The position numbers and the translations under genes were made by a program. A DNA stretch of 63,165 bases, filler included, from Stramenopiles sp. TOSAG23-3 (lineage: Eukaryota): NCBI GenBank assembly GCA_900128585.1. It is 21 parts of 21 records of this genome, joined end to end, with 100 filler letters (N's around TTAATTAATTAA, not from the genome) between each part and the next. Parts side by side here need not be neighbours in the genome. Positions count along the whole stretch, not along the records: positions 21,148 to 24,065 come from LT644529.1; positions 24,166 to 27,081 come from LT644530.1; positions 27,182 to 30,096 come from LT644531.1; positions 30,197 to 33,110 come from LT644532.1; positions 33,211 to 36,123 come from LT644533.1; 16 more parts are not named here. One strand, written 5' to 3'. Of this stretch, positions 22,984 through 35,651 are shown in pieces. The notes under the pieces are model-generated. The model was not told the origin of the DNA and made no database searches. It saw nothing but the letters and a program-made list of their open reading frames with translations. The stretch's first letter is position 1, and each line of letters begins with the position of its first letter.

Positions 22984-24165
22984 AATGAATGCCCAATGGT
23001 CAAACCAATACCCACACTATGAACGTACGAGCCCGCAATTCTCTCCATTCACTGTTTAACAACTTCTTCCCCAATTCTTTTCAACAAACAAACAAACGTT
23101 GCAATCATTACGTGCATTAGAAACATTGCAAATTCATCAAAATCGCTTTGGAAATCTGCAAAGCAAACGAACGTAACGTATCTAGTTGCACACAAGATTA
23201 ACATCTATATAATGTAACCATTTTGCATCAGATAGGTACACAACGAAACTAAAAACATTTGCAATCGTTTCATCAAAACATGAATGAATAGTGTAAGGAA
23301 CCATTCAAGTACGATAAGTGATTTAAACGATTTCATTCTATCATAATGGATAACAATGAAGAATTCCTTGGATATAACTGTTCTTTTGATAGGGGAAAGG
23401 GATTGTAACGAATCGTTTAAGGAAGACTTGTTAATTGAGTTGGTTTAACGTATATTAATTTCATGTTAATTATTTTATAGCATGGCAGTAGAACCTTACT
23501 TTGCGTTCCCCCACTTTTTTCATTTTCTTTTTTTTGTTGAAAAATCCTTCCTTCTTTTTAGTATACTATTATGGTGTACTATATGAAGCATTATTCAACT
23601 AGGAAGTTTATTCTAATTATGTTTGATGGTATGTATATGCTGAGTGGAATCGACATAGGTAAATAGATTCATATTTGTACTTATAAGATAATGTTCCATT
23701 TGTGTTTTGTTGGAGAAGATTTACTGAAAATTGGGTATTTCTTTTTGGTTTAACATCAAATGGACACATAACACATAAACTTCTTATAATTTAGATAAAC
23801 TGAATTCGGTTTTTGTTGTTGTTGACTACGTGCCTTTCACCTCTCTAGCTGGCACTTGACGCTTTCGGGTACCCCTCTGTGCTCTGGTACGCGGTGTAAT
23901 ACCCACAGTCCCCTCGCGGCCCGCCGTTTCCTAACCCATTGCTGCTACTGAAACCAATATGGCAGCGGCAATTGCCTGTTCCACGATCGCAGAGCCCACG
24001 GCCACTGCACTCTAGGTTTTCCTGGTTGCTCTTTTTGTCCTCCCATAGCGCAAAGGCGCCCCCGCNNNNNNNNNNNNNNNNNNNNNNNNNNNNNNNNNNN
24101 NNNNNNNNNTTAATTAATTAANNNNNNNNNNNNNNNNNNNNNNNNNNNNNNNNNNNNNNNNNNNN

Positions 24166-26880
24166 GGTTGGAACCTTTATTGGATTAATATCCCCACATT
24201 CTTTGTGCTCCTTCAAGAAGTATTGGCGAAGAGCGAAAAACTTCGACGCGGCGGGATTCTTTTTAGAAGTGACAATTTGAATCAATGCTTGATTATCGAT
24301 ATGCAAATCCGTAGGAGGCAATGGCTCAGGGAATATCCATTTGATTAGCCCTCGCAACCACACTAAATCTTTGGTACAGTCTTGTGCCGAGATTGTTTCA
24401 GATTCGCACACGGATTGTGCGCTTACATGACCAAGACGTGCGTGCAAAGTATAAGACAAGTTTGTGTCTATAACATCGCGAGCGCCCAAAAAGGTAACAG
24501 TTTCTTGTAAAACCTTAGGCGCAGCCGGCAATACCTCGGCCTTTAAAGAATTCGACGAAGATGGCGTAGATTGAGTTTCACCAACTTTACCGTCAAACAA
24601 AGAGTCCCGCAGGTCATCGACAAGGTCGTAGACCCCATTATTAATTTTCGCCAATTGTTTCATCGACGATTTTTGTTCATCTGTGAATAACTCAGGATTA
24701 AAGAACCACGCCCCTTTGGTTGTCATGACAACAGCCGTGGGTTTCGTAGCATCAGCGCACAGTTTATAAACCGACAGTAACGTAACTGGCAGTCCTTCCA
24801 TGCATAAGACATTGGTGACTGTATCAGACAGGTCACCCATAAGCGATGTTTTCGCAACACCATTTGTAGTAGTGATGCTTCGATTGGCCGCGCGAATATT
24901 CTGTAAGTACTCCTTCTCACCAGTGATATGGTCATTTGCTCCCGAATCAACAATACATCTTTGCGACTTAACAGACGTTTCACTAGCAAACGCAGCCCCT
25001 TTTTCAAGAACTTCGCCATAACAGGAACAAGTGGTAAAATCAGAATTACCTTCGGCAGGACGTGAATTAAAATCATCCAAGCAATTGAAATCATCAGCAC
25101 ACACGGTCGTAGTTTCGATAACCACCGCCTTTGGGCATGCTATTGATGAAGCGGACGCCTCGTTGTCCTGCCAGTCGAAATCGTCCAAACGATTATGAGA
25201 CGGAACGCAAGAAAGGGCATCCTTATTATAAAGAGAAACAGGATCAGAAAATCGATCCCCCAACGACGAAAAACTCATGGCAGGTGCTGTTGCAACAGTT
25301 TCACTGAACCATCCAAACGATTGCGAATTGCTGGAAGACGCAGACGCGGCATTGCCTCCAGAATTGTCTCCTTCAGCAGCATAGGACTTTGCATTGTTGC
25401 CTTGATTGCCGCCCTTTTGAGCATTTCGCTTTTTCTCCTTGGACGCCGCGCGATTCGCATTATTATGACTGAGAGGACAATTTCCCTTTTGATGCGCAAA
25501 ACAATTCGCTGCACTGTACTTACATTGCAAACGACGATCCGCAAATTTCTGATACAGGTCCGGCTTGGCACGTTTGAAAGCCTCCTTTGCAGTGACATCA
25601 GTGCAATTTCGCAAAATATGGCCATCTTTACCGCAGGCAAAACAAACCTTTGAGCGACCATTTGCACCATTCATGCTACTATAAACGGTCGACATGAACG
25701 ATTCGGACAGATGCGACCAGCGATTAGTACTCAAATCACCCGGCGATCGTTTACCGCCTCGATCAGCAGCGCCTTCGATAGGCTCATGCGATTGCAAAAT
25801 GGTTTTGATCTCGGACACGCTTAAAGTCTCAATGTCTTTGTTCAAAATATCGATCTTCGACGCTTGTTCCTCCGCCGTCTTTTCAATAGAAGCTAACAAT
25901 TTCGAAACAGCATAAATCTCTGAACTATTCAAGTTGAGATCAAGTTCCTTCATTACGCCTTCCCAGGCGTCGCTCCAAACTAACAATTCGTCAAAATAAT
26001 CACCTAGAGTTTTACTCCCACGTTCACACGTGGCGAGTTGTTGGTTAACATAAAATATGTTTTTAATATCCGTTTTCGATGGCATTTTCAATTTAGCGTA
26101 TATGTCATAACCATGCATTCTGATTCCCTTTCCTTGTTGGAAATCTGCACAGTCACGCAATTCGTCGGTGAGACTACGTATGACAACTTCGTTTATAACG
26201 CTCATGGCATCGATGATGGCGGATGAAGGGATACTACCTGTCGCCCTGAGCTTCCAAAGCTCTCTTGTTTTCAAATCGCTAAAAATACCGTGTTGGATTA
26301 GCTCAACCGTAGTCCAGTCATTTTCCGCTTCTCGTTTCTTATAAGTTTCGAATGGTTCCAAATCATAAATTTCATTCCATGGAATATCAAGGTCAATTTT
26401 TGTTGGATCCATCGTATACTCGTCATCTGAATCTGAATCTTGCTCGTGCTCGTTCTTCACGGGCGACCGTGCAAGGCTTGCTAGCGCGTCAGCGCTTGCG
26501 AGATTTTCGTAAACAGCTATAGCATCGAAAGACGATCCTCGAGATTTCAAAGTCATCAACATTTTCTTCTCTTTCCTTCCGAGCGATCTCAATATGTCTT
26601 TGTACTCATCTGTCCAGTCGACATTAAATTTTTCGAAAAGCCCATTCAGGAATTCCCACTCGGTCGTCAGCGTCCCTCTTTGGACATACCCACCGGCGAG
26701 CCCGCGCTCCCGCGGTTTAATAGGTACCGTTCCTTCCAATATTTGCCATGCTAACGGATTTACACTGATCAATAGATCTTTAACAAACGTTTTAAACTTC
26801 GATAACTTTTTAAAGTCACCGTCGTATTGTAAGGTAAATCTCTTTTCGGGGATCTTATAAGCGTTAATAGTTTTGCTCAT
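24166..26880 (-). mobile_element. Ty1/Copia LTR-retrotransposon polyprotein (Gag, protease, GAG-pre-integrase, partial RNase H); integrase core and RT absent
   Basis: Zinc knuckle 'CFACGKDGHILRNC', protease 'CIVDSGANDHIT', pre-integrase 'LHARLGHVS', Copia RNase H C-terminal part 'SVCESE...LVWLRGL...LHIDNQALIQ'. Confidence 0.9.
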
Positions 26881-28388
26881 CGTGGTTGGTACGTGGTGGA
26901 TGCGTTTTTCGTCGTGGATGCGTTCGCAGCTGGATGCGAAAGATAAAATTTGTTCTTAAACTTTGGAAAATAAACTGGGACAGTCGATTCCGACTGTTAA
27001 TCTAAAGAAATGTAAGGTGGTGTTTTTACTTGATACAAGTTAGGTGTAATGTACTTAAGTTACTCTACGAACTCTCTCTCCNNNNNNNNNNNNNNNNNNN
27101 NNNNNNNNNNNNNNNNNNNNNNNNNTTAATTAATTAANNNNNNNNNNNNNNNNNNNNNNNNNNNNNNNNNNNNNNNNNNNNGCCGTCAATACTTTCCCAG
27201 CAGAATGCAAACTGGTAGCACTCATGATTAAATAATGTACAACGCAGCCAGCCCCCTTCTTCGAGTGCCACTTGCTTTGCCATTGTTATTGCTTGTTACA
27301 GTCCGGTAATGGATTTCAATCTGAATGCGGCATTGACGGCTACTGGGGGAATAGCAAGCTGTAACTACTGCAAATTATATTTACTAAGCAGTATTGACAC
27401 ACTATTGAATTATTAGTAATTGATTTACATACTCGTAGCATAGTAGATTTAAAATAAAATCCAATGAGAGTCACTATTGCCTGTTATTTCTATGATGCAA
27501 CCGTATAGACGGGTTACAGTTCGAAATCGTTTTTTTGTTTTCGTTGACGCTCTCTGCTCTCTGCTCTTCGCTGCTGTTGCTGTTGCAGATTTTTAAACTT
27601 TTTAAAATGTTCCTTTGCCATTCTTGCATAGTTCCTTTCAATCGTTATTATAAGGTGAACATTATTGGGAGTGCAGATATGAACGAGGGAAAGTAAGTAG
27701 TCTACGAAATTATAGAAAGTGTTATAGCAACGGATTTTAATAAAATACATGTATCTGATCTGAACAAAGAGGAGGTGAGGTGCCTATATTAAAATTAAAA
27801 TTAAAAGCAAAGCATCGGGCGAGGAGATATTGGTACGGTACGGTACGGTACCGGTACGGCAGTTTCTTCTTGCGCCCTTTAGCTTATGGTACAGTATACG
27901 AGGGCCCCTGCTTCATATTTTATGTATTCTTGTTAAGTTAATGCAAAAAATAACGAACAAAGAAGGCCTTCCTTCGCCTTCACTCACTACAACCCACTCC
28001 ACTACTCACGTACGAAATGTTTTAGTACTTGAGTATGGCCCATCCCTATCATTATTTTATAGCGACTGGGGCGGGATAATAAATAAGTATATAGTACCAA
28101 CAAAGCTGTACGTACCAATAATAGTAAAAATAATAATTTATTATTATTATTATTTATAAAAAAATAACACTAAAAACTGACTATGCTTGCAGTTAATGTC
28201 AGTGCATCTTATAATTGTTTTGCCCATGTACTTTGCCTAGCTCCAGCTTCAATTCAGTGCACACTTCTTACACAGTGTAGAAAAACTAACCGAAGGAATT
28301 TCCAAGCATTTCTCTGCAAGCGTACAAGTGTGCACAATTCGACACTGTTGAGTCACTCTCGAACATCGGCACAAACGTTATTCCAAGA

Positions 28389-29569
28389 ATGAGCGCAGCA
28401 CCCACCAGACGTTCTTCGATGGACGACCAAGAAACAAGTAGGTCCTCAGCGGTCAAGCCTTCACAGAACTTGTTGCCGCTCCCAATGCCAAAAGCTTTGG
28501 AAAAGTACAAAAGCCGTGATTTTGAGGAATCAACAACCTTAGGGACTGGAACCTTTGGCCTTGTTAAGCTTGGGCAACACCTGCAGTCTGGGCAATACTT
28601 TGCGATAAAGAGCATGTCAAAATCGGAAATTTTACGACTTAATCAGTTCACCCACGTCGAGTCGGAGGTAAATGTGCTAATGCGAATTCAGCACCCTTTC
28701 ATCGTTGAAATGTAAGTATAACATTCCCCTTCACTACCTCCCCCCATTCAATTTTCTAACAGCATCTTTATTTGTTTTGCAAATACAGGAAGGGGTTCTA
28801 CCAGACTACGCAGTCTCTTTGCTTAGTAACCGAGTTTGTCCCTGGGGGTGAGTTGTTTTCTCTCCTCCGAGAGCAGACCCGGTTTCCAATTGAAACGGCA
28901 CGCATGTATTCGGCCCAAATGTTTCTGGCAATTGAATACCTTCACTCCATGGGAATCGTCCATCGCGATATAAAACCAGAAAATATTTTAATTACAAAAG
29001 GTGGGAGTCTAAAACTTGTTGACTTTGGGTTCTCCAAGGTCGTTGAGGACAAAACGTGGACTTTGTGTGGAACGCCAGAGTACATAGCACCCGAAGTTCT
29101 GCTCAGCAAAGGTCATGGGCGAGGCGTCGACTACTGGTCGTTTGGTATCTTGCTCTTTGAGATGTTAGCTGGTTACCCGCCGTTCTGGGACAAAGATCCG
29201 TTCGCAATCTATGACAAAATTCTGCAGGGGTCCATTTCGTACCCTCGTCATTTTGACATGAAAGTGAAGGCCCTCTTAGGAAACTTGATAAACTCAGACA
29301 TTACTAGTAGGTTTGGTTGCATGAAAAATGGCAGCATGGACGTAAAGATGGATCCTTGGTACCAAAGCATTAACTGGGATGCCGTTTACAACTTGCGCAT
29401 CGACAACCCACCGTACACGCCAAAAGTAGAGAACGAGGGCGATACTAGCAATTTTGACGCGTACCCCGACCCCGTCGAGAACGTGTCTGTTGAGTTATCC
29501 GATAAGGACGCTGCTTTGTTCAAAACGTTTTACGACATGAGAAAAGTTAGTCTTGGGCTAGATGACTAA
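28389..29569 (+). CDS. cAMP-dependent protein kinase catalytic subunit-like (PKA/PRKX) AGC kinase; exons 28389-28711 and 28789-29569
   Basis: 'LGTGTFGLV', 'HRDIKPEN', 'DFGFSK', '[14 protein letters not shown]', 'GDTSNFDAY'; removing the intron restores 'IVEMKGFYQ'. Confidence 0.93.
28712..28788 (+). other. 77-nt spliceosomal intron
   Basis: GTAAGT donor, TTCTAAC branch point at about 28754, TACAG acceptor; splicing restores the frame. Confidence 0.9.
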
Positions 29570-30297
29570 GGAAGCTCTACTGCTGGGGTTTCTTCAGTCG
29601 TTGTGATCGAATGAAAATATGTATGGCATGCTTTGTAAAAGAGCCAATGGTTATATTCAACATGTTCTTGCTTTTTTTTATATACTCTATAATAATTACA
29701 CTACAAATACCAAAATATAATCAACATTGCACAACACACAAAATAAATTTACTTCTTCCTTGTACTTTACCTATCATAACACTATATTCTTACGAGATAT
29801 TTCCGTGGTAACGGACTTCTCAATTATCAATGCTATTTCCCTTTTAGCTGTGCTTATTAATATTTCTCTAACTTTATATATTAAGGAATAGTAATATATA
29901 TACATATTCGATTAAATATTATAATAAGGTAAAGATATTAGTACAGTCCCTAAGATGTTAACCTTAAGTTGTTGTTAATCATTATTATTTCAACTGAGTA
30001 GAGAATAAAGCATGTATAGAAGGGGGCTGGCTGCGTTGTACATTATTTAATCATGAGTGCTACCAGTTTGCATTCTGCTGGGAAAGTATTGACGGCNNNN
30101 NNNNNNNNNNNNNNNNNNNNNNNNNNNNNNNNNNNNNNNNTTAATTAATTAANNNNNNNNNNNNNNNNNNNNNNNNNNNNNNNNNNNNNNNNNNNNACGA
30201 AGACCGAAAGCCCCGTCTCTAACGCCGACTCGCCCTTTATACCATTCAACCTTTTAAAATCGCTAAGGAGCATGTATAAAATAATAAATAAATGTGC

Positions 30298-30370
30298 ATT
30301 ACAAAACCAAGTTAGGATTAGGGTACGAGGAAGCTAAATTTAATTACTTAAATAACAGCCAATTTTCTTG
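30298..30370 (+). repeat. 73-bp dispersed repeat ending in the AACAGCCAA element
   Basis: Matches 48272-48344 with 2 mismatches. Confidence 0.9.
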
Positions 30371-30640
30371 CTTTTTTAAATGTGCCATTATTTTGTTTCA
30401 ATTCTGAAATAATTTTTGGAAAATAAAAGTACACGAAAGGAGTGAAATGAGAACGGTATGTTAAAGTGTTTCATAAAACGATTAACTAAGCACCGCAGAT
30501 CAAATGACAGTAAGAGGGTAAGAACGCGTATTTATGCTTAGATTTTAGTTCTTAACCTCTGAAACTCTCTCCTAAACCACACCTCGTTTCACGCTCACGC
30601 GCGCAATCTTTCTCTTTTGTGCACAGAGGGTTTCTTCTTT

Positions 30641-31948
30641 TTAGGAATAATTGTAATGCTCCGCCCCCTCTTGGTGCTCGTAGTACTGTTGCCCTTCGTT
30701 CCCGTTGTAATACCGACGATCCTCGTGGTCTGGCACCTCGTCGGAGTCGTACTCTACTCCTTCTTCAGCCTCTTTGTACGCGTCCAGATTCCCATGGACC
30801 TCTTCTTCCATCTCGCCGATCCAGTTCTCAAAGTGGCACCTTTGCTTGTATCCGCGCCACAATTTCTGGATGTACACAATGTAAAACAACTCTTTCTCCT
30901 CCTGGGTCGTCCAACTCTTTAAGCTCTTTTTGAGTTGGCTCGTTGCGACGACTTCCTTGAGGTTGTGGATTACGCCTACTGCAGATTTTGCGCTTGCTAC
31001 GTCTTTGTAACCCAGTTCGTCCAACAGCGCATCGGCATAATCAGTCATTAAGGCGCTCAGTTCATTCCCTCGTGTCGTCCCAAACTCGTAAATCATGCCC
31101 TGGTCAGAGTCGGGAGGCCGCACTTCGAAATAAAAATTTAACCCCGGTTTGAACCCCCAACGGAATGCTTCAGAGAGACGGTAAAACTCCAAGCACTGTC
31201 GGGACTTTTTATGTAGCACCCACACTCCATTGATGTTGATGCCGACAAGGACGGCTGACGGGTGCTTTCTATAACACTTCTGCTTCACTTCAACGTAGTG
31301 GCAGCCATTGTTAGGATCTTTGTGGCATGTTTTTACAAAGTCCAACTTGGCGTTCAAGCCTTTTCGCAGCTGTGCATGGGCTTCGTACAGTTCTCCTTCC
31401 CACTCCGTGGCCGCCTTTTGGGACATCAGATTGGCCGGTATGAACTCGAGAAGGCGGTGCGTGATGAATCCCAACTTGTGAATGTTGGGGTTGTGGTAGC
31501 CGTACTTTACGTAGAAGCTAAGGGCGCCCATCTGTATGCACTTCTCCGCGTCTCCGTGGAATTGCACCCCCGTCAAGATTCGGTGGAGGCCTTGTATGTA
31601 CTGCATGTGAAGCATTGCTTCGTCGTACGATACCATGTGCAAGGCCGTTGGCATGTACAGTTTCATCATGTAAATTAGCTTTGCGGTTCCATGTTGGACG
31701 CTTCGCACCAATTCTTCAGGTGCAAGGGCGCGCTTGGGCATTGCGCCGTCATCGGACTCAAAGATGGCGAAGAATGTCGACGAACGAATTCCCCCATCGT
31801 AGTAGTTGAGCCTGTGGGCGATCATGTCGCAGACGTCCTTTGCGGTCGAGTCATCGTCCACCATTAGCGTCTTCGAGCTGTTGTCCAGGAAGTATATTTT
31901 CAGCGGCTCGTCTCCATCGCAACCTGCAATGTGCGTGCCAGAATCCAT
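30641..31948 (-). CDS. FERM (band 4.1) domain protein with IQ motif
   Basis: 'LKIYFLDNSSKTLMVDDDSTAKDV', 'FFAIFE', 'VLVGININGVWVL', IQ motif 'IQKLWRGYKQR'. Confidence 0.82.
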   Translation of the reverse strand: MDSGTHIAGCDGDEPLKIYFLDNSSKTLMVDDDSTAKDVCDMIAHRLNYYDGGIRSSTFFAIFESDDGAMPKRALAPEELVRSVQHGTAKLIYMMKLYMPTALHMVSYDEAMLHMQYIQGLHRILTGVQFHGDAEKCIQMGALSFYVKYGYHNPNIHKLGFITHRLLEFIPANLMSQKAATEWEGELYEAHAQLRKGLNAKLDFVKTCHKDPNNGCHYVEVKQKCYRKHPSAVLVGININGVWVLHKKSRQCLEFYRLSEAFRWGFKPGLNFYFEVRPPDSDQGMIYEFGTTRGNELSALMTDYADALLDELGYKDVASAKSAVGVIHNLKEVVATSQLKKSLKSWTTQEEKELFYIVYIQKLWRGYKQRCHFENWIGEMEEEVHGNLDAYKEAEEGVEYDSDEVPDHEDRRYYNGNEGQQYYEHQEGAEHYNYS

Positions 31949-33212
31949 CTTAGCTTCCCCGTTTACTAGCGTCCTTGAAAGTCAATCGTTTGGAAGAACG
32001 GCCGTTGGTCCATATATTTATACAGGAACAACCTTTGAAAATGAAACAAAAGAAAAAAGCAACTTGAATAAGCAAAGGGGTAAGTAAATGCATTCTCCTC
32101 AATACCACCGCCTGCACCGCACCGCGTGTTCTTCTTCCTCTTCTGCTTCGCACAATAAATAATAACAAAATAATATTAATAATACAATAATACCGGTCGG
32201 CGGTACCGGTACACATACAGAAGAGGTGAGTCCTGGCCATTTCTCTTTCTTATATAAGTTATTCGTTATAAAAATACTATAAAAAGCTTCAAGAAAGGAT
32301 CAAATGATTATTACATAGTAAGTAGTTATATAGGTATATAAAAATTATAATAAGTATAATATGTATGTATAATATTTAATTATATAGTTTATATTGTATT
32401 TAATTTAATTTACAAGTAAATATAACAGTTTTAGAGAAAAAGAAAGTTCTTTGTAAATCAATCATTTCTCGTTTTCTGTGACTCTTCTTCCCTATTTGCT
32501 TTATAATTTCGTACTACGTAATAAGGTACACCACCAGGTAAACGCACCAATTTTAACTCTATTTTGTTTTTTGGGTATAAGAATAGAATAATAATTATTT
32601 TGATTATTATTATTACTGTAGACTATGTGTTCCTGTTACAACAAACAGAGGAGGTCCGTGTTGGTGGTGGTGGTGGTGGTGTGCGTGATTAGTTTTTTTT
32701 TTTTTTTCTACTAATAAAAAATAATTAATAGTCTTAATTAAAAATCCATACCCCGTGTTTGTTAGTTGTTGTATAATAATATCTAATAGTGATGGGTGGT
32801 GGTGGTTTTTAGTAATTTGCAACGATTGGCAGCTTGGCTTTGCATAATTTACATATTCGTTATTTTTTTTTCAGAAGGATTAACTTATGTGTACATGAAC
32901 ATCCAATCTATTATCTGCACTTTTACAATCAAGAACATAACGGGCGTTCTTTTGGACAGCACTTGGAGACCATTTACCCATGAAGTTGACGCCGTCCGTT
33001 TTGTCAGCGGATACGGCAACGGAGCTTGCCCGGTGGCTTCACGCGGTGCCACGTTTGCAGTTTGCACCACGGGTTGAGTGGGCAGCTGCCGCCCGAGTTT
33101 CGATAGACGANNNNNNNNNNNNNNNNNNNNNNNNNNNNNNNNNNNNNNNNNNNNTTAATTAATTAANNNNNNNNNNNNNNNNNNNNNNNNNNNNNNNNNN
33201 NNNNNNNNNNAC

Positions 33213-34964
33213 CTACAAACTTTCTTGTGTAATGACTAAACCACTTTCAATACGAAATGCTGGAACGATAAACAATCCATCTTCATCATCATTGCCATCT
33301 TTTGTTTTTGAATCATTAGTAGTAGTAGTATCACTATTCAATGGCACGGTTGATAATCCACGCCAATCGTAATGTCCTAATTGTAATTTACACATTTCAT
33401 TTGCACAAGATATTGGTCCACTAACATTATCTAATTTTCCCATCCATTCCATAGGTTCTATGAAAAAATGTTTCCTAGCACATACATCTACAGCACGTGT
33501 TTCATCATGTCTAGCAATTAAAGATGGTCGATGCTGACGATCGTTTGGTCGTGCCGTACCACATTCTAATGCTTTCATGCGTGATAACCATCGTTGTTTT
33601 TCCTTTGATTTTGGTCGTAATGGTGGTGTTGATGGTGGATATGTATATTGTGATTCATTAGTATCAATTGCTTGAGTTTTTTCTTCCCTACTTTTATTTT
33701 TAATATTTCTTTCCATTACTTTGCCTTCATCAATATTATTATTAGTATCATTATCACCAACGTTCGATGAAGTTACTTTTTCATCTTCATTATATTTACT
33801 CCTACTACTATCATTGCTATCACTAGTATTGTTTTTATCATCATCATCTTCTAAATCATGGAAACCTCTGCTTTTACCATCATCTTTCTTTCGACCACGT
33901 GACATTGGTGATGGTGGAACTAAAAATCCAGCATCATTACTATTACTATTGATATTGTTTAACATTTTACTTTTCATTCTTGGCTCACTTGCTACCATAC
34001 CTCCTCTTTTCAATTTCGATGGAGATACTATTTCCATATCCTCATTGCTACTAGTACTGGTTATTTCATTTAATTTAAATTTATTTAACTCCTCCTTTGA
34101 GAAAGATGCAATTGTATCCGATGCATAATGTCTACGTAAACGAGGTGGCCTTGGATTTGTACTATCTATGCTACTTTTTCGACGTGGGCTTTCTCTTTTC
34201 TCATCACTATTGCTTCTACTAGGCAAGACGATACTACAAGTAACAAACAATGGTGTCTTGCATTGGCGGCATACAAATTGCATATCAGAACCACGTAATG
34301 GTGGTATAATTTGCACACCGGAAGATTGCGGCCGTGTCAATCGTAAACGTACTGGTGTCGATAATGCACATGATGCTAATTGTCTTACAATAACTTGTCC
34401 ATTGGATTCATATTCTTCTAAAATATTATTGAAATGTTCTTTTAATAAAAATTGATGTGCACCATATACGTCCCATTCTGATCGTCCATATGCAATAAGT
34501 TGCTGTTCGAATCCTTTATTTACATTAACTATTGGACGTTTGCTTTTCACCATTTGAAAAGCTTCATCAAACAACAACCGCCTCGTGGACATTATAAATG
34601 CAGATATAAACGCAGCAGAGCGAGACCTGCCACCTTTACAATGTACTAAAATTTTACCATGAGCATCTAATGAACTTTCAATAAATACATTTGCAGCTGG
34701 TATGGCACTAAGTAAATTAGCATATTCTTTATCTCGCATGGTGACTTGTAAATACGTAAAATTGCGCGGGTATGTAGCCGGCACACCAGATATATTTAAT
34801 ATATGTGTAATACCATATTCAGCTAATGATTCTTTATTAAACGCACAGTGTACACTACCTATATATACACCATTTATTATTTCCGTCGGTACGTTATCTT
34901 GTACCGATGCACTATCTAATGTTAAACCAGGTCTTGGTTTTTTTAATCTACTTTTTTTAAACAT
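33213..34964 (-). CDS. Dual-specificity phosphatase, DUSP12/YVH1-like
   Basis: 'EIINGVYIGS', catalytic 'ILVHCKGGRSRSA', 'VNKGFEQQL'; C-terminal Zn-binding-type motifs 'FVCRQCKTPLF', 'FFIEPMEWM', 'LGHYDWRG', 'VPAFRI'. Confidence 0.85.
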   Translation of the reverse strand: MFKKSRLKKPRPGLTLDSASVQDNVPTEIINGVYIGSVHCAFNKESLAEYGITHILNISGVPATYPRNFTYLQVTMRDKEYANLLSAIPAANVFIESSLDAHGKILVHCKGGRSRSAAFISAFIMSTRRLLFDEAFQMVKSKRPIVNVNKGFEQQLIAYGRSEWDVYGAHQFLLKEHFNNILEEYESNGQVIVRQLASCALSTPVRLRLTRPQSSGVQIIPPLRGSDMQFVCRQCKTPLFVTCSIVLPSRSNSDEKRESPRRKSSIDSTNPRPPRLRRHYASDTIASFSKEELNKFKLNEITSTSSNEDMEIVSPSKLKRGGMVASEPRMKSKMLNNINSNSNDAGFLVPPSPMSRGRKKDDGKSRGFHDLEDDDDKNNTSDSNDSSRSKYNEDEKVTSSNVGDNDTNNNIDEGKVMERNIKNKSREEKTQAIDTNESQYTYPPSTPPLRPKSKEKQRWLSRMKALECGTARPNDRQHRPSLIARHDETRAVDVCARKHFFIEPMEWMGKLDNVSGPISCANEMCKLQLGHYDWRGLSTVPLNSDTTTTNDSKTKDGNDDEDGLFIVPAFRIESGLVITQESL

Positions 34965-35651
34965 GTTGCTATATACTATGATTCTTATTTCAAATCACAC
35001 CCGTTTATATCAATGTAAAACAAGATGCTTTATATAGGTATATATACATTTATATATCTATATCTATATATATCTACGATAAACGACTCTTCTAACAACA
35101 ACATGTATTACCTTCTTCTTATCAATTATTATTAAAATTACTGTATCAATAATATCAACAAAAACAACAACATCCAATCATCACAAATTATTATTTGACG
35201 ACGACTATATTCTTCATCATATTTTATTCAAAAACCTCTCCTCTACAACATGAATTTTTTTATATTCACTAAAAATAATTTTTCTAAATATAATAGAAAT
35301 ATAATAGTATGTGCGAATGGAGTAACGTTTGTTATCGGATATTTATATGAAAAAGGAGCTGTGTAGTGGTATTATGTGGTAATCATTTGGAATTTTAGCA
35401 TTTTAAAAGTGGCCGTTAATTAAAATAAGAATTGTTGAAAAGTAATTTCACTCAATTCTATTCAGTGCTAAATATAGTCTTTTTTCCAAAATATATATTG
35501 AAAAGTTCTTACCTCCTATATGTATATACATTATTTCATATATATATAGTTCGAATATATATATATGTATATATTATTATTTAATATATCATCATCATTA
35601 CATTGTTAATAAGAACCACGAAAAAATTGCGGAAAAAAATAGTATAGCAAT

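Noticed and set aside
27182-30096. PKA gene captured in a TIR transposon or nanochromosome
   Set aside because: The repeat is exactly 79 bp, the same length as an unrelated one on another contig; there is no transposase and no flanks to show a TSD. Artefact is more likely
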